From positions 1 through 64,000 of the forward strand of contig DF237343.1 of NCBI GenBank assembly GCA_000708835.1: DNA of 64,000 nt, in the 5' to 3' direction. Below the pieces are notes generated by a model. That model saw only the letters and a program-made list of their open reading frames with translations, made no database searches and was not told the origin of the DNA. This DNA is from Klebsormidium nitens (Eukaryota > Plantae > Klebsormidiophyceae). A program made the translations under genes and the position numbers. Of the stretch, positions 1-12,600 are shown piece by piece (the stretch's first letter is position 1; the number at the start of each line of letters is the position of its first letter).

Positions 1-365
1 AATCTGGGCCGTAAAAATAATGCCATTCAACAGATGGTGAACCCCATGTGCAGGTTGCATGTTGCAAACTTTCATGGACGTGACTGGCTGTCATCACGCG
101 CGGCGAATTGGGACGCAAATCATTGACGCGCGCGGCGCGCCCAAACTTTGAAATTCTTGAACTTATCGGATCAATGCCGCAAAACGGACAGATGTCAGAA
201 ACTGGCCGCCTTGTGATTTCGACTTTTCGGACACCCCACCGTGCCCACCGTCTGCATGAAATGATCGGAAGGTAACCGTACCGCGTCGACGGTACAGACT
301 CCAGAGGTCGGAAGGTATGTACGCCGCTAGGTACCTCGCCAGGCAACCGGGCACTCACAGTGACA

Positions 366-575
366 TTAGGGTTAAGTCACAACGTAGTGATCAATCGTGT
401 CACGCCACGTACTCCCTCCGACGGTTTGTCGGTTTGTTAGGGCCCCGTTAGGGCTACACCCCTTCCCTGTGACTGCTCCCAGATTAGGTCCCGATTAGGT
501 TCCCACTAGGTACTCCATTTAATAACGGCTAAGCCATTGTTCTTGCTAGGGTTTTGTTGTGTTAGACAGTTAGGG
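366..575 (+). repeat. Degenerate telomere-like (TTAGGG/TTAGGT) motif cluster in non-coding DNA
   Basis: TTAGGG at 366, 437, 448 and 570, CTAGGG at 546, and three TAGGT motifs at 484-510. GTTAGGGCTAC occurs twice (447, 569). This is not a clean tandem array. Confidence 0.35.
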
Positions 576-804
576 CTACCCCGGGCCCGACTGTTGCCAC
601 TGCTGAAACAAAGCCTGGTACCGCTGTTTGAAAGCTCCACCATCCGACGTCCGAAAAAAATGTAAGGAGTTCACGCGGCGGAGGAGTTCACAAGTTTTGT
701 AAGTTTTGTACTGGAAAAGCGTGAGTGGTGGCGCCTGGCCCGCTGAAGGCTCCCGTCACGGCAGTGTCCCCAATGATATGCTGCGGCACGAGCTGAAGAG
801 GACC

Positions 805-1068
805 GAGTCATGCAAGCCGTGAAGCCGACGTGAAGACGACCAAGTACCTAATCCGACCGGGATCCGCCCACTGCGTGCGGGCTGCTTGCCTACGATGACT
901 CGGTCCCTTGAGTCATTCCGACCGTCGGGCGATCAGGCGACTCATCGAGCCTGAGACCCAAGTTTGGTTGCCGGTTGGTGGTCAGTTCGAATCCTCGATC
1001 GATGATAGCCTCCTCCGTAAGTGCGCACGGTGACTCGGCGCTCTGTGGGCGGCCGGCCTTGAGAGTCA
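805..1068. promoter_or_regulatory. Cluster of GCN4/AP-1-like TGACTC/GAGTCA motifs followed by TATA-like boxes
   Basis: Hexamers at 805, 896, 910 (full TGAGTCA 909-915), 1031 and 1063, plus GACTCA at 939. TATA-like runs near 1130, 1305, 1395 and 1487. No downstream ORF was identified. Confidence 0.3.
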
Positions 1069-1962
1069 CGGATGAGAGCCAATTCCGAGGAGATCGGAGG
1101 CATCACAAGTGCATTACAATTGCTGCGGTATTATAGGCAGCGCGTCTCGGTCGGCTTGCATTGGAGTTTGGCCAGCCTGAGCAATCCATCACTAAGTAGC
1201 TAGAAGGGAGCTAGAGCCGCGGCACGACTTAGCAGTATACATCCGGAGCAGATGTGAGGCCAGTCGACTGCTAGATAGGCGTTGTATTGAAGGTTTCGGT
1301 GGTATATATATAGGCCGCGAAGTCGGATCTCAATTCAAGGCCGGCGGCCGTGCTTCCGTTCGTGTATGGTCATGTGCATTGACACCTGAGGTGCTTTATA
1401 TAGCACTCACTTCGATCCACTTCTGATGCATTGAGCAATGTCCGAGCTTGGCCTTGAACGCATGTTGCGTTGGATATCGATGAGAATATATATATATGTT
1501 GAAGTCAACGATTAATATTGTCTTCGTTTTTGATACCTACCGCGGTACCATGGACACAAAAGTAAAACGCAACGATCGCATGAGCAGTGTTGGGCCGGGC
1601 CCATGCACCTCGGACATACATATGTCTCAGTGATCCATGTTTCTTGCATTGGGGCGGAAAGCTTATAGGGGGGGGGGACATCTTTCTTATACATAGTAAA
1701 TGTGACCCTTCTAGAAATAACTTTCCGGTGAAACTTCAACAAAGAAATATTGAACAGCACTACTTAGTATCCCAACCTGTTGCGGCCGAACGTGGTCATT
1801 GCAGTCCAGCCTGCGAATGCAAAGGCCCCGAGTAATTGCAACAAAAGAGCTTTGCTATCTGCCATCGGCTGGGTTACATCCATGACTCCATTGTAAGCAA
1901 ATTGATGTGAAGCCTATATGCATACCTATTGCCATGATGACATTTGTCTTTACTTTTAACTT

Positions 1963-4900
1963 TCAACGTCTGAAAGAGATTGTGTACGACCTTTTTCTCG
2001 AGGACCATCTTTCATCCGTTCGACCAATCTGACTTCCACTAAGTTTTGAGATATTGAAGCGCGCGAATGCACTTACGATGCAACATGACTCCGCACTCGC
2101 CCTGCTTCCACGGGGTTCTCCTGTTGACTTGTTACAATCGAAACAAGTATCGCAACTTGGAGGAACGAGAGCTTGAGGCACACCAGACTCTTTTGCCAGG
2201 TCGAGGCAATATTCAGAATCGCTATCAATCTTTTCGGACTTGAAGGATCTTCGAATGCTTTTGCATCCATTTTCGTCAGACAAAACCCCAAGTTTAGTCA
2301 AGTGACATTCCTGCGACCTGTTTGTTGGTCCAGCTTCACACGTGAACATGTTGCAACCGTCACTCTGTTGACAATAGTCGTCTGCTTTTACACCCCAAGT
2401 CAACCATGGATGGCCGCATATGCCTCCGTCCTGGCGAAGCAACGGAGCGTTCCATCAGGAAGACTGAATTTTCGAACATCCTAATTATGCAAGACAAGGA
2501 CTCCCATAACAAAGAGGGACTGTAAGCCAGCGTTGCGTCTTTGAACTCGTCTTCAGAATCCTTGGTTGAGTGAGTGAGCTGACGGCCGTTCCGACTTATT
2601 GAAACGGGATGTTCTTAAGGACCTAAAATTACTGTTGATGTTGCAGCAGGCAAACCACAGGGACAAGTCCAACAAGCGAGTCATGAGAATGCAACCTTTC
2701 CCGTCCCTTCACAATCTGCCACTCGATTGTCTACTTGATATTGTCGGAGCCCGTTTGAAGCATAGCTATTGAGCTTTTGGAATCAATCCGCTCATACGAG
2801 CCAATCCGGCCAAGCCGCGTCGCCACCTTCCGAACAGCGCTAATGCTCGTTCATCTCGTGGAATGTCTCACGCTGCTTCTCAGGAAATGACCTCGAAATG
2901 CTTCGCCAACTCAGGAGAGGAAGAATCAGGACAAGCTCGGGCAGATTACGCACCTTTTCTCCAATCAAAAGGTACTCGAGCACGCTGTCCGTCCTGCGAA
3001 TTTCTGCGGTCCAGTCGACACCCAAGGGCTGCGATGAATGACCTGAAGGTCTCAGCGGTTGTACAAGAAGGACGCCATTTTGAGTAGCGTGATCCCATAG
3101 AGTGGCATCCGAGTTGAAATAAGGGCAAAATCAATTGGAGAATCAGTAGGGGAGAGGGACCCGTTTTGAATATGTAATATTCCGTTGCTAGACAACTGGT
3201 CGACCTTAATAAGAGTAGGCACTGAAGCTTGACGTTCTGAACTAGAAAGGATTGGGACACGGCCGTCGGCAATGCTCTCGGGACACTGCCTTATAGTCGT
3301 TGCCGGATGGATGCAGGGGCAACTGCCCTGTTGTCAATGGAAGGCATACGTTTCGGGGCGATTAAAAATAGAGGGTATCGTGAAGCCGGAAGAGCCCAAA
3401 AAGCCTACGCCTGCACTGCCTTTCCCGTGGGTCCGGGTTTTCGGGCCCATGTGAGGAGGTACGTTGACCATTCCGGAGGTCCGCTTCCAAGCACCGAACC
3501 CAGAAGCAAGCTATTACTGCAGCGTGCATCAACTGGGAACCTGCCCAACCGCAGGCAACGCACAACGGAAGGGCATGATCATAGCATCTGCACGGTCCGT
3601 CTAGTTCAAACCTCTGTCAACAAGGTACCGAACAGAAAAAGCCAGCCCATAGTTCCATTTTGTGAAGAAGGCAGAACGCTCTGCTGTCTTCAAATCAAGC
3701 ATACCTTTCAGACGAGTTGAAAGTCCTGTCCGCGCTTTACCTGCCAGCAGGCAATCACGATATGGGGCTGCTCTGCTGCGAGGGCCTCCACTGCGTCTTG
3801 CTCGTGCACCTCGTGTCCGTACGGCTGGCCTGATGCCAGGCCCCGCTGTCCGCTGTCCGTGGCGACGATTTCAAAGACCGGTTCCTAAGGGCAGCGAGAA
3901 ACAGGGGTGAGAAAAATCCGGACCGAAAAGGGGACCGGAATTCTGAGCATAAGACGAACATAACGGATGGCTCAAGAACACTGATTGCCTGGTTTCAAGA
4001 ATCAGGGAGCGGCACTTCAGAAAGCGAGCATGACCATAGAAGAGAGGCAAACACAAACACGGTCAATCTGAGATGAAAGTTGGAAGGACCCTCCGTTTGC
4101 ATCTCAGGTAGTTGTGAAGAAAAAAAGCGAGTCACGGGGTTCAGACGGTCTCGTCTTTCCAAATCATTTTCCCGTGGGCTATACTGCCAAGAGCAATGTT
4201 AGGAAAGCAGAAGCTACACCATTGAAACACCTATGATTATCCGTTGCACGCAGTGACTTCACGAATAGCGTCATCTGCATTGGCTCAGTCATCAGTCGTC
4301 TCCTCAGAGCATCCCAACCGTCTTACCAGTGAATCTGGTCAGCAATAAGCCACTTTCCTGGTCTTATTGTTGTCAGGCTGTTCCGAAGCGACTTGCTTAT
4401 CAACCAATGCAAACGAGAAATGGACAAGAAAGCCATGAAGTCTGTACGAAAATAGACGACAAGCTCTTACCTTGCTTGCCTCCCCAGGCATTGGCTCCAG
4501 AAGCAGCCGCAGGTAATGAGAGAGACGCCCATCACCCGCCCCCACTTCTAATACTTTCACCCGCGGCAGGCGGTAAACAGCTGCTCGTTCTCTGCATGGA
4601 TCAGGGGGTTCATCTTATTCTACGCTTTTTGGAAGGCTACAAAGGATGCCCATTTCTGTTGGCTGCTCTGTAGGCTGCCTCTTAACTATACAATGGTTGG
4701 AGAAATTGCCAGCAGAGCGGCATAGGAGGTTTGTCGATATTGTGGTGCTTTAGATACGAATCCTTTTTTTCCATGGGAGTAACAGAAGAAGAATACTGGC
4801 CAGTTACAACCAAGACGCAGGGGCAAAGGTTTGCTGAAGTTATGCATCCAACGGTAGCCCCCCAAGGCGATCGAAAGAATGCACGAGAGTGGCACTGTTA

Positions 4901-5686
4901 AATACTGTCTGCAGGATGAAGATGCGGGCTCCACTTGGCCTAGTTTGAGGCCCACTGCTGACGCCATGCCTCGGCAGAGACAGGTCTTGAACCGCCTTTT
5001 GTCCCCGCTTTCTCTAAGAACTTCAGCAGGACCTAGATTGTATTGCTGCTCTTCTTTCTGCCACTACAGAAGCTTGTCAACCAGTCCTCATGTATGCCAC
5101 TCACCGTAGATAGGCTGCCAAGCCGTGTACAAACTCCCGTGTGAACACTTCGTACTGCACGTGCGTTCCTTCCGGCAACCTCCCCTCAACATAGGAGTGC
5201 CAGCAGTGGCAGTGCAGGCAGGAGCACCAAACAGTCCCATCTGCATTCACCTGGAGATTGGAACTGGGCCATACTGACATGATCATGATCGGTGTGGCTT
5301 CTCAAACATAATAGAGTGCCAGAGCCAACATGTAGGAAGACCCATACCGATACGAAATCTGCAGATCACAGGTTGTTAAAATCAAGAGTTGTGCCAAGCG
5401 GAATAGTGAGGGCCAAATGCTCTTTGAAATACATCAGAAGAGAGGAGCAACGTGAGCTCTGACAGGTTTGGACGGAATTGCATCTGCATTTGTTGTTAAG
5501 GTCGTGAATGCCACTCCCTCATCAGCAGGAAAGAAGCAGACTACAGGCATAACCTGGAATCACCTAGGGAGCTTAGCTGCTCACCTGAGGATTGCACAAT
5601 CCGTCAATTTCGTAGAGCCCAAACCTTGCGACAATGCTCGCGTGCGTGGGCAGTTCATCTAGAGCCGACATTTGCTCATGGCAGTC
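1963..5686 (-). CDS. Uncharacterised class I SAM-dependent methyltransferase-like protein (multi-exon; 5' end unresolved, extends above 5686)
   Basis: Phase-consistent exons 5686-5585, 5250-5105, 4591-4471, 3884-3741, 3028-2954 and 2430-1963. They give ...YEVFTREFVHGLAAYLR...KVLEVGAGDGRLSHYL (motif I)...FEIVATDSG...IVIACWQPLGVDWTAEIRRTDSVLEYLLIGEKDGGICGHPWLTWG...SYTISFRR*. Confidence 0.75.
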
Positions 5687-6652
5687 CTGCATCTTAGTTT
5701 CATCGCATGCATTGGCAACGCCTGAAGAGCTCATAAGAACGTCGTGCTCAGCTCAGTCGAAAGTGCAAAGTGGACTGCTGAATCTTCCTCCTCGTTCTCC
5801 TGGCTTGGAGACGTCTTTTCTGCGCCTCAAATGCAATGAATAGTCATCAGTTTGCTACAACTAAATACAAGCTTTGCTGTGCCCAATGCACATTGCTGCA
5901 GGTCAGTACATTCCTGCATGACATTGAGAGCAGCTAAACCAGGAGTCCGAAAAGTTGGTTAGTCTTGGAAACCCGAGACTTGGAGCCCTCAGTTCCTCAC
6001 CAGCGCCCTCTGATACAATCCTAACCGGGCGCCGGACCGCAACAAAACCTTGTTTCGAGTGTTCAAACCCTAATCTGGACGAGGAAGGCTTCAGCGAGGT
6101 CAACGATTTGCATAATCTGCTTCTTGAACCTCAGGCTTGTGAAGCGCTACTCAAATGTGATTCACACCTCTGGAAGCAGAGGACACGGTCCATGATGGCG
6201 TTCAGGGAAAGCAGATCGACTTGGCACAATTCGTTGAAGGGGCAGCATTGGAGTCTATGTGGAAAGGAAGACACTGCAAGAAACAGGATACTGTCTGTAC
6301 CGAATGCAAGGACGAGGGCATGGGCAGTGCTTCACGGAGGAACATGCCCCTACAGGGCATGCTTTGACTTCCAAAGTACTGAGGGTTTGAAGCAGGATCC
6401 ATCAAAGTGTTGGAAAGGCTGCATTCCGGCAGACTGCAGATGGTTTATTTCTGATTCACGTAACTTGCGCCAGATTCAAATCCAAAGAGCCCCATTTGCC
6501 AGGAAGGGCAGGTGTCGTTTGCGGACCCCATTAGGGATCACGTACGGCCAACAAGTTTCTCTGAGCAATCGTTTTGCGCCCAGACTGGTTTGGTAAGACG
6601 ACATGTACCGCTAAGGTCACGGAGACCGCGAGCAAGATTGGGCACATTCATA

Positions 6653-9600
6653 ATGGCTCTCAGATGGGGCAGGCAAATCCAGGCTGTTGTGCTCCTGGTA
6701 CTGGTGCTGATGCAAGCAGCCTCGTTCGTCCGAGGTGGGCCTACAAAACTTTCTGGAACGAACCACAGATTAGCAGGATTTGAACTGAACTTCCCGTCAA
6801 CTGTTGTTCTGTTTGAAAATTGCGCGACCTTCCCCTTAAGCTTGCTGGTTGTGTTCGGTGTCAGGACCTTGAAGTGAATAGCGCCAGACAAGTTCGTACA
6901 TCTGCATTCAATGAAATCATCAATGTCAACGGTCACGTGGTGAACTGAGCAGCAACTTCCAAGAACACAGTTGATCATCTATACACTCTGGCCATCAATG
7001 CCGGTCGGTAGATGCCCTGCTTCAAAGGACCTTTCTGAGAATTCTCATAGCACTGCCAAACGAGGGTTCCTGATCAGGTTGGATAATCTGGTATGAGCGC
7101 CACAAATCAGAGTTGCCACTGAACAGCTGAGGCAGAGCACGAGCTTTTGAATACTGCTTCCATTGGTCCAGGAGAACTTTGAAAGGATCCGGGAATGCTG
7201 TTTTCTGTTATCCAAAAGTTCAAAATGCTGTGAAGTTCTCACAATCTCGTAGGACTTTGGGCAAGAAGGAAAAGGCATAAACCCCAGCGGCAACTTTTTC
7301 AAAAGCTCCTTAGTGGAAGGGAACCCCGAGCATAAGCATTTTTGATCCTATCCAAATTCTTGAAAACTGCCAGTGACTCCAAGGTAATTGATTACAAAGA
7401 CATGAAAGGACGTACTCCTAAAACATTTTGCATGGGCAACAATCGAGCCGACTACAGAACAAGCATTCTGGCGAAAGTCCACAGGTCCAAGAAGCACTCT
7501 GATCTCTTCAGCCCCTGATTTTGCTACAGGCCAAAGTAACGTGCGGCTGTGCGTGGTTGGCCCAGACGAACTCAAGCAGTGTGAGAAGCTGTTAGCAGTT
7601 CTGGCAGCATCGCCGGGCAAACCCAGCTGGATCTGGTAAGGCCATCAAAAGCCGTGGGCCACTGAGAGCCGTACTCATATCTGAGAGGTCGTTCCACTCC
7701 TCTGTTTGGTCGAGTGTCTATTCGCCCCTGTTAGGATCTCTCACTCAAGCTGACGGCTGACCAAGCAGCTCGTTTGAGTTGAACAAGTTGGAACAAGAAG
7801 CGCAACTACAAACGGGGCTTCTGCAGAATTGAACCTCCAATCCTTTTCATCCCTGGATTCGGAGCTTTGCTTGACTGGTAGACTCCGATGACATGCCGTC
7901 CGACTCTGCTGACGTCACTCCCCCAGCTTGCTGACATCATCAGCCCTGTCTTCTGCGCAGCGTGCAGGAGAACGACCGCGAGGGGTGCGTTCTGGCGGTG
8001 GGCAACAGCGTGGCAGATACCATGGTGGCCGCGCCGGGGGACATTGTACACGCATACCTGCAGTTCGGCATGCGCGCAGCACTTGCCGAGGTATGGCAAT
8101 CCCTTGCGCTTTCTTTTGAGACTTCTGATGCAGAGGTACAGCGTCGAGACTTCTGGTCCGAAACGTCAAACGTCCAGGGGCAGGATGTGTTCGCTTTTGC
8201 CTTCTGGGGGCAGGACGTGCGATTGCAGCTGTTTCGCCTCTTTCTAAGACCCACTATTGCCCGGTGCCCCGTCCTTTGAATGGGCGACAGGAATCTGCTA
8301 TCATTTTAAGGAAAGAATTTCTTGTGCGAGTGCTCACTCAGACCCCATCCACCCCAAAGTTCCCAACCAGAGTTTGTTTTACAACTTTGCCACTCAAGTA
8401 AAACCTTGCGCCCCACGAACCTCCTTCATGTGTAGCCTGTCAAGCGCTTCAGCATACTAGTTGACTGCCTAATTCCAAAGCTCTGCTGAAACCATGCCTG
8501 GTGCTCCGTCCTCTTTCCAACCAACGACCCTTTGCATTTAATGCAAAGTCTTGTAAAAAGGATGACATGCATCAACTTCCGTGTGCTAAATGGGGATAAG
8601 ATGATCTATAAGCACCTACAATCTTCGCAACCGGTGTCTTCTCCCAGATCCTTCTCTATAACGCTTTGTCACACCGTGTCTTCCAGAAGCGCTAATTCAT
8701 GCCACGTGTCACCCCCAGGTCTACTCCCCGAGCCCCTCCTTTGCTGACGTGGCAATCGTGGACAAGGCGCTATGCGACGCCCAGCCCAACTTGAGCCTCG
8801 CCGACCTCGCGGGAAAGCGCGCCTGCTTTGCGGGCTACCGGGATGACGCCGGCTGGGATCTGCTGCTCGGGGTGCTCGTCGACAAAGGCATCCTCCAACC
8901 AGTGAGACGCTCGTTCTTGCCTCTTTTTCACATCCACTTTACGAATCCATAAACTGCAATTGTCCTGTTCCTTTCAGTCTGAAGTGCTCGTGAAAGGCGT
9001 TCACCTTTGACTCGTGCTCCGTCTGTTGGAGCTCGACATTTCGAAAGTGCCGAAACGGTTTACAGAACGACCCCGCACCGTTATCTACGACAAATGTCCG
9101 TCGTGGAAAGCGCCTTCTGGCTTCTGAAATGGGGGGGCCTTGTGTCTTGAGTTGTTCGTTGTTTACCTCTTGGAAATTAAGAGTTGCGAATCGTCGGCGA
9201 AGGGGTTGATTATTTGGTTTCTCGCTCTCGCGGTTTCCAACGCGTTTCTTCCTTTATGGTTCCTCTTTCGGACTGTTTCAGGCTTACGAAGAGTCCGAGA
9301 GGAACGTTTCCAAAACATAGAAACGTCACAACCCAGAGAAGCGCCTTCCATGCTATTGCGCTTCTGTACCGATGACCACGTGCCATACTTCTCTAGAATA
9401 CTTGTAGTAAGCTCAAGTTATAGTAAGGACGAACCTAACACTAAAAACCTAAACCCAAGGAATCACCCGCTCCGCACTCGTACCCACCCTAACCACCATA
9501 CTAAATGTACCCGTCCAGTACTATAACTTGAGCTTACTATTCCTACTCTAGAGAATGATTCACGTGCCCTTTCCGCAGGTGAACCAAGATCCGGCTGTTG

Positions 9601-12600
9601 CCAACGACATCGAGACGGTGGAAGCGTTCTTTTCCAAGGTGTGCGCTCCGGGGCCGGCCGACGGCGAGCGGGTGTGCTCTGGCTGCATCGGCGACTGCTC
9701 TACCGCGGTAAGCCACTTCTCGCCTCTTCGTGTTCTCAGCGACATTCCCATTTTTCCGACTTTTGATCATCTTTCGCTTGTCGGGCTTCGTTACTTTTTG
9801 GGATTTGAAGTTGCTTGTGTTCAGCCCTTTGTGGGCATGAGGTCGAGCCAAGTTGTTCAAGAACGAGCCACCCTCGTGGGGATTGGTGTCCCCTTTATTG
9901 AATGGGTTTCCAGCAGCAGTATGCACTTCCAAGTTTCGAAAATTGGGGGTTCAGCAGCTTTGAAATTCCTTCTATTATGCATCGTCTCATATGAGGTACT
10001 TTGCTGTTCAGGCGGACATTTACAGCGGTCAGGAGGGCGCCCTGCAGTGCGTCAGCGACAAGGCTGGTGACGTGGCCTTCCTGCGCAGCGACACGTTGCA
10101 GGCCTTCCAAGCCAACAACCTTGCCACGGGCCGCACGATCCGGGCTGCATCCGAGTTCAGGTGCGCTTCAAGCGTCCAGATTAAAGCTACAGCTAGCTTT
10201 CTCAGGCTTCGTCACTCTGTCTTTTGTCTCTGATCTTGAGAATTTATCTGTGTCTTGTTTCGCCCGTTCTGTTCTCCTTCCGTTTCCTCTCGTACTCCCA
10301 AGTTTTTCAGAATAACCGGAGGTCGTCAACCTCGACGACGACCCGTTTTCCACCTGTGACGTTTGACGTCGTCCGATTTGCAGTCGCCCCTGGCAAGGAT
10401 GCGAGGCGCCATACCCAGAAGCAAACTCACTCGAAGTTTGACCGGCCACGTCACCCCCCACCCATGACGTCACATCTTGACGTCATCCCCGGTCGCTGCC
10501 CGCAGGTATCTCTGCCCGGGGGGCGGCTGCCAGTCGCTGGACCAGGGCCTCAGCGGCTGCTATTTGGCGCCCATCCCGGCCTCCGCGCTGCTCACGCGCC
10601 GCTTCTACGACGCGTCTGCCATCCAGGCCACGCTGACGTCAGCAGCAGCTGACGCGGGCTTCCAGGTGCGTCAGCGACGATCGTCCGAGGATCTGCGCTC
10701 TCAAGCTGACGTTGCGTCTGACCGGAGTGGATTTGCGCTCAGGCGCGGAGATCTGCGGAAGCGTTTGGACAGGCTCCAAATCTTGAGAAACTGCAGCAGC
10801 ACTTACATTAGGATTGGTAAAGCGAAGCGTGAATCTCCGGCTGGAAAGTCCGAATACCCGGAACTCTCGCAATGTTTGGGGTCTCGAAAACAGAATATTC
10901 AAGGCTCACTTTGCGAACTAGCTTCAACTGAGACCAGTTTGAAAGCATTTGAATAGATAAGAAGCTGTTCTAGATGCATAATAGAGAAATAGAAAGCCGT
11001 TCTGATTCCATCATGTCTCACGACTCCATTTCCCTTTTTTTGCCAGGCGCTCTTCATGAACGGCTCCAACCCTGCCGGGCTCATCTTCTCCCCGGCCCTG
11101 TCGGGCTTCCAAACCGTCACCGCGACCCAGCTCGATTATGTCGGACCGGAGGCCCTGCGAGCCTACGAGGCCTTTGACACCATCGACGGCGCCCCGCTGC
11201 AGACGTCCCCACAGACCGGGGGCGGGGCGATAACAAACTTGGGTGAAGACTCTTTTGCACCTCTTACAGCTTCTCCCGACCAACCTGCCAGTTTTAGTGT
11301 CATCTAAGTTAGACTAGTTTCACTCAGCTACAGGCTGACTAAGTTACACAAATATTTTCCCTAAAACTAGCAGGTTGCTCGGAAGAAGCTGTACCGGTAG
11401 CGAGGTCCTATCACTTCAGTTGTTTGGAATGCTGAGACTCGCAATTTGAAGCGTGTTACGATGCAGGCGGAGCAGTTTCAGCGAAGCAGGCGTTGCCGTC
11501 TTTGAAGTCTTCAGTATAGTCGAGTTCGGGGGATGGTGATACGTCTAGCGACTGTAAGGCCCTGTGCTATGTAGTGGTGTTTCATGGCGACTTGTCCTTG
11601 ATCGTCTGGCCACAAGTCTAGTTGAAAGGTCCGAAATGGCTTAATTCAGTCGTTCTCCTAAGCTCTTCGGTCCAATTGCAGGAGGCTAGACAAAAGCGAA
11701 ATACTTCCGAAACTTCGAGATGTGATTGTGAGAGTGCATAACGGCAGTTCCAATCTTGCCGGTCTTATCGCTATTCCTTTAAACGGATTCTCAACCGACA
11801 TCACAAACGTTTCCCGCTCTTGATCGTGTCCGCAGTTCCCCCGCCGTACATCCTCAAATGGTGCACGACCTCCGAGGAGGAGCAAGCGGTGTGCCTCAGT
11901 ATGGCCGTCATTCTCAGGGTCAACGTCAACCCACATTACGTCTGGGGCTGGTAAGCGCCGCTCCTTGCCTCGTATTTTCGGACAACATCTGCTATTAACC
12001 AGAAGTGTAAACCAGATTTCAGGCAGGTCTACGCAGCGTGATTCGCTGCTGACCGTCAATAGAGTGAATAGATCTCAAGTGCCAGAAATCTTCTGTTTTT
12101 CGCAGTCCATCCATGTCCAACTTGAGCTCGCCGTCTCTTCTTTTGGGCATCCACGAGTCGTCCGTCAAGCGATTTGGATCTTTCAGCTACGACAGCGGAT
12201 TGCTGCATTCCTGTCCTTAAACTTGGTGCCGGTTGGAGGGAGATGAAAAACAAGAGACATCCGAACCACCGCTCCTCTAACAAACATGAAGCCTGATTCC
12301 AAGCCCCATCAGTCTAGGTGGGTACAATGCCTGGAAACAGAATAAGAATAGGTTGGCCGAAACCCGCTTTGTTAAACCCGCTCACGTTTAGAGTTGCAGT
12401 CGCCACGATCTCTTTTTACTTTGGTACCACCCGTCTCCAAGTTCAGACAATCTCTTCTTCTCGTTTGCATCAACAACCGTCCCTCAGGCATCTCAGGCCT
12501 TTGCAGCCACTCTCCGCCGCGCTTACATCTGAAGGCGGCAGCGCCGCGTCGGATACTTTCTTTCTATTCCCTCTTTCTCGTTCAGAATGCCTTCCGTCAG

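Noticed and set aside
128-147. E2F-like site (TTTGGGCGCGC on the minus strand)
   Set aside because: A short GC-rich match with no associated gene inside the window; it cannot be supported.
725-745. TGGCGCC resembling a retroelement primer-binding site
   Set aside because: Not preceded by an LTR-ending CA, and no gag/pol ORF follows.
984-995. GTTCGAATCC tRNA B-box-like motif
   Set aside because: The flanks do not form a T-stem, and no A-box or cloverleaf is present.
5955-6596. 213-aa plus-strand ORF just upstream of the transferrin gene
   Set aside because: TTG start, no recognisable motif, and it overlaps the probable 5' exons/promoter of the minus-strand methyltransferase gene.
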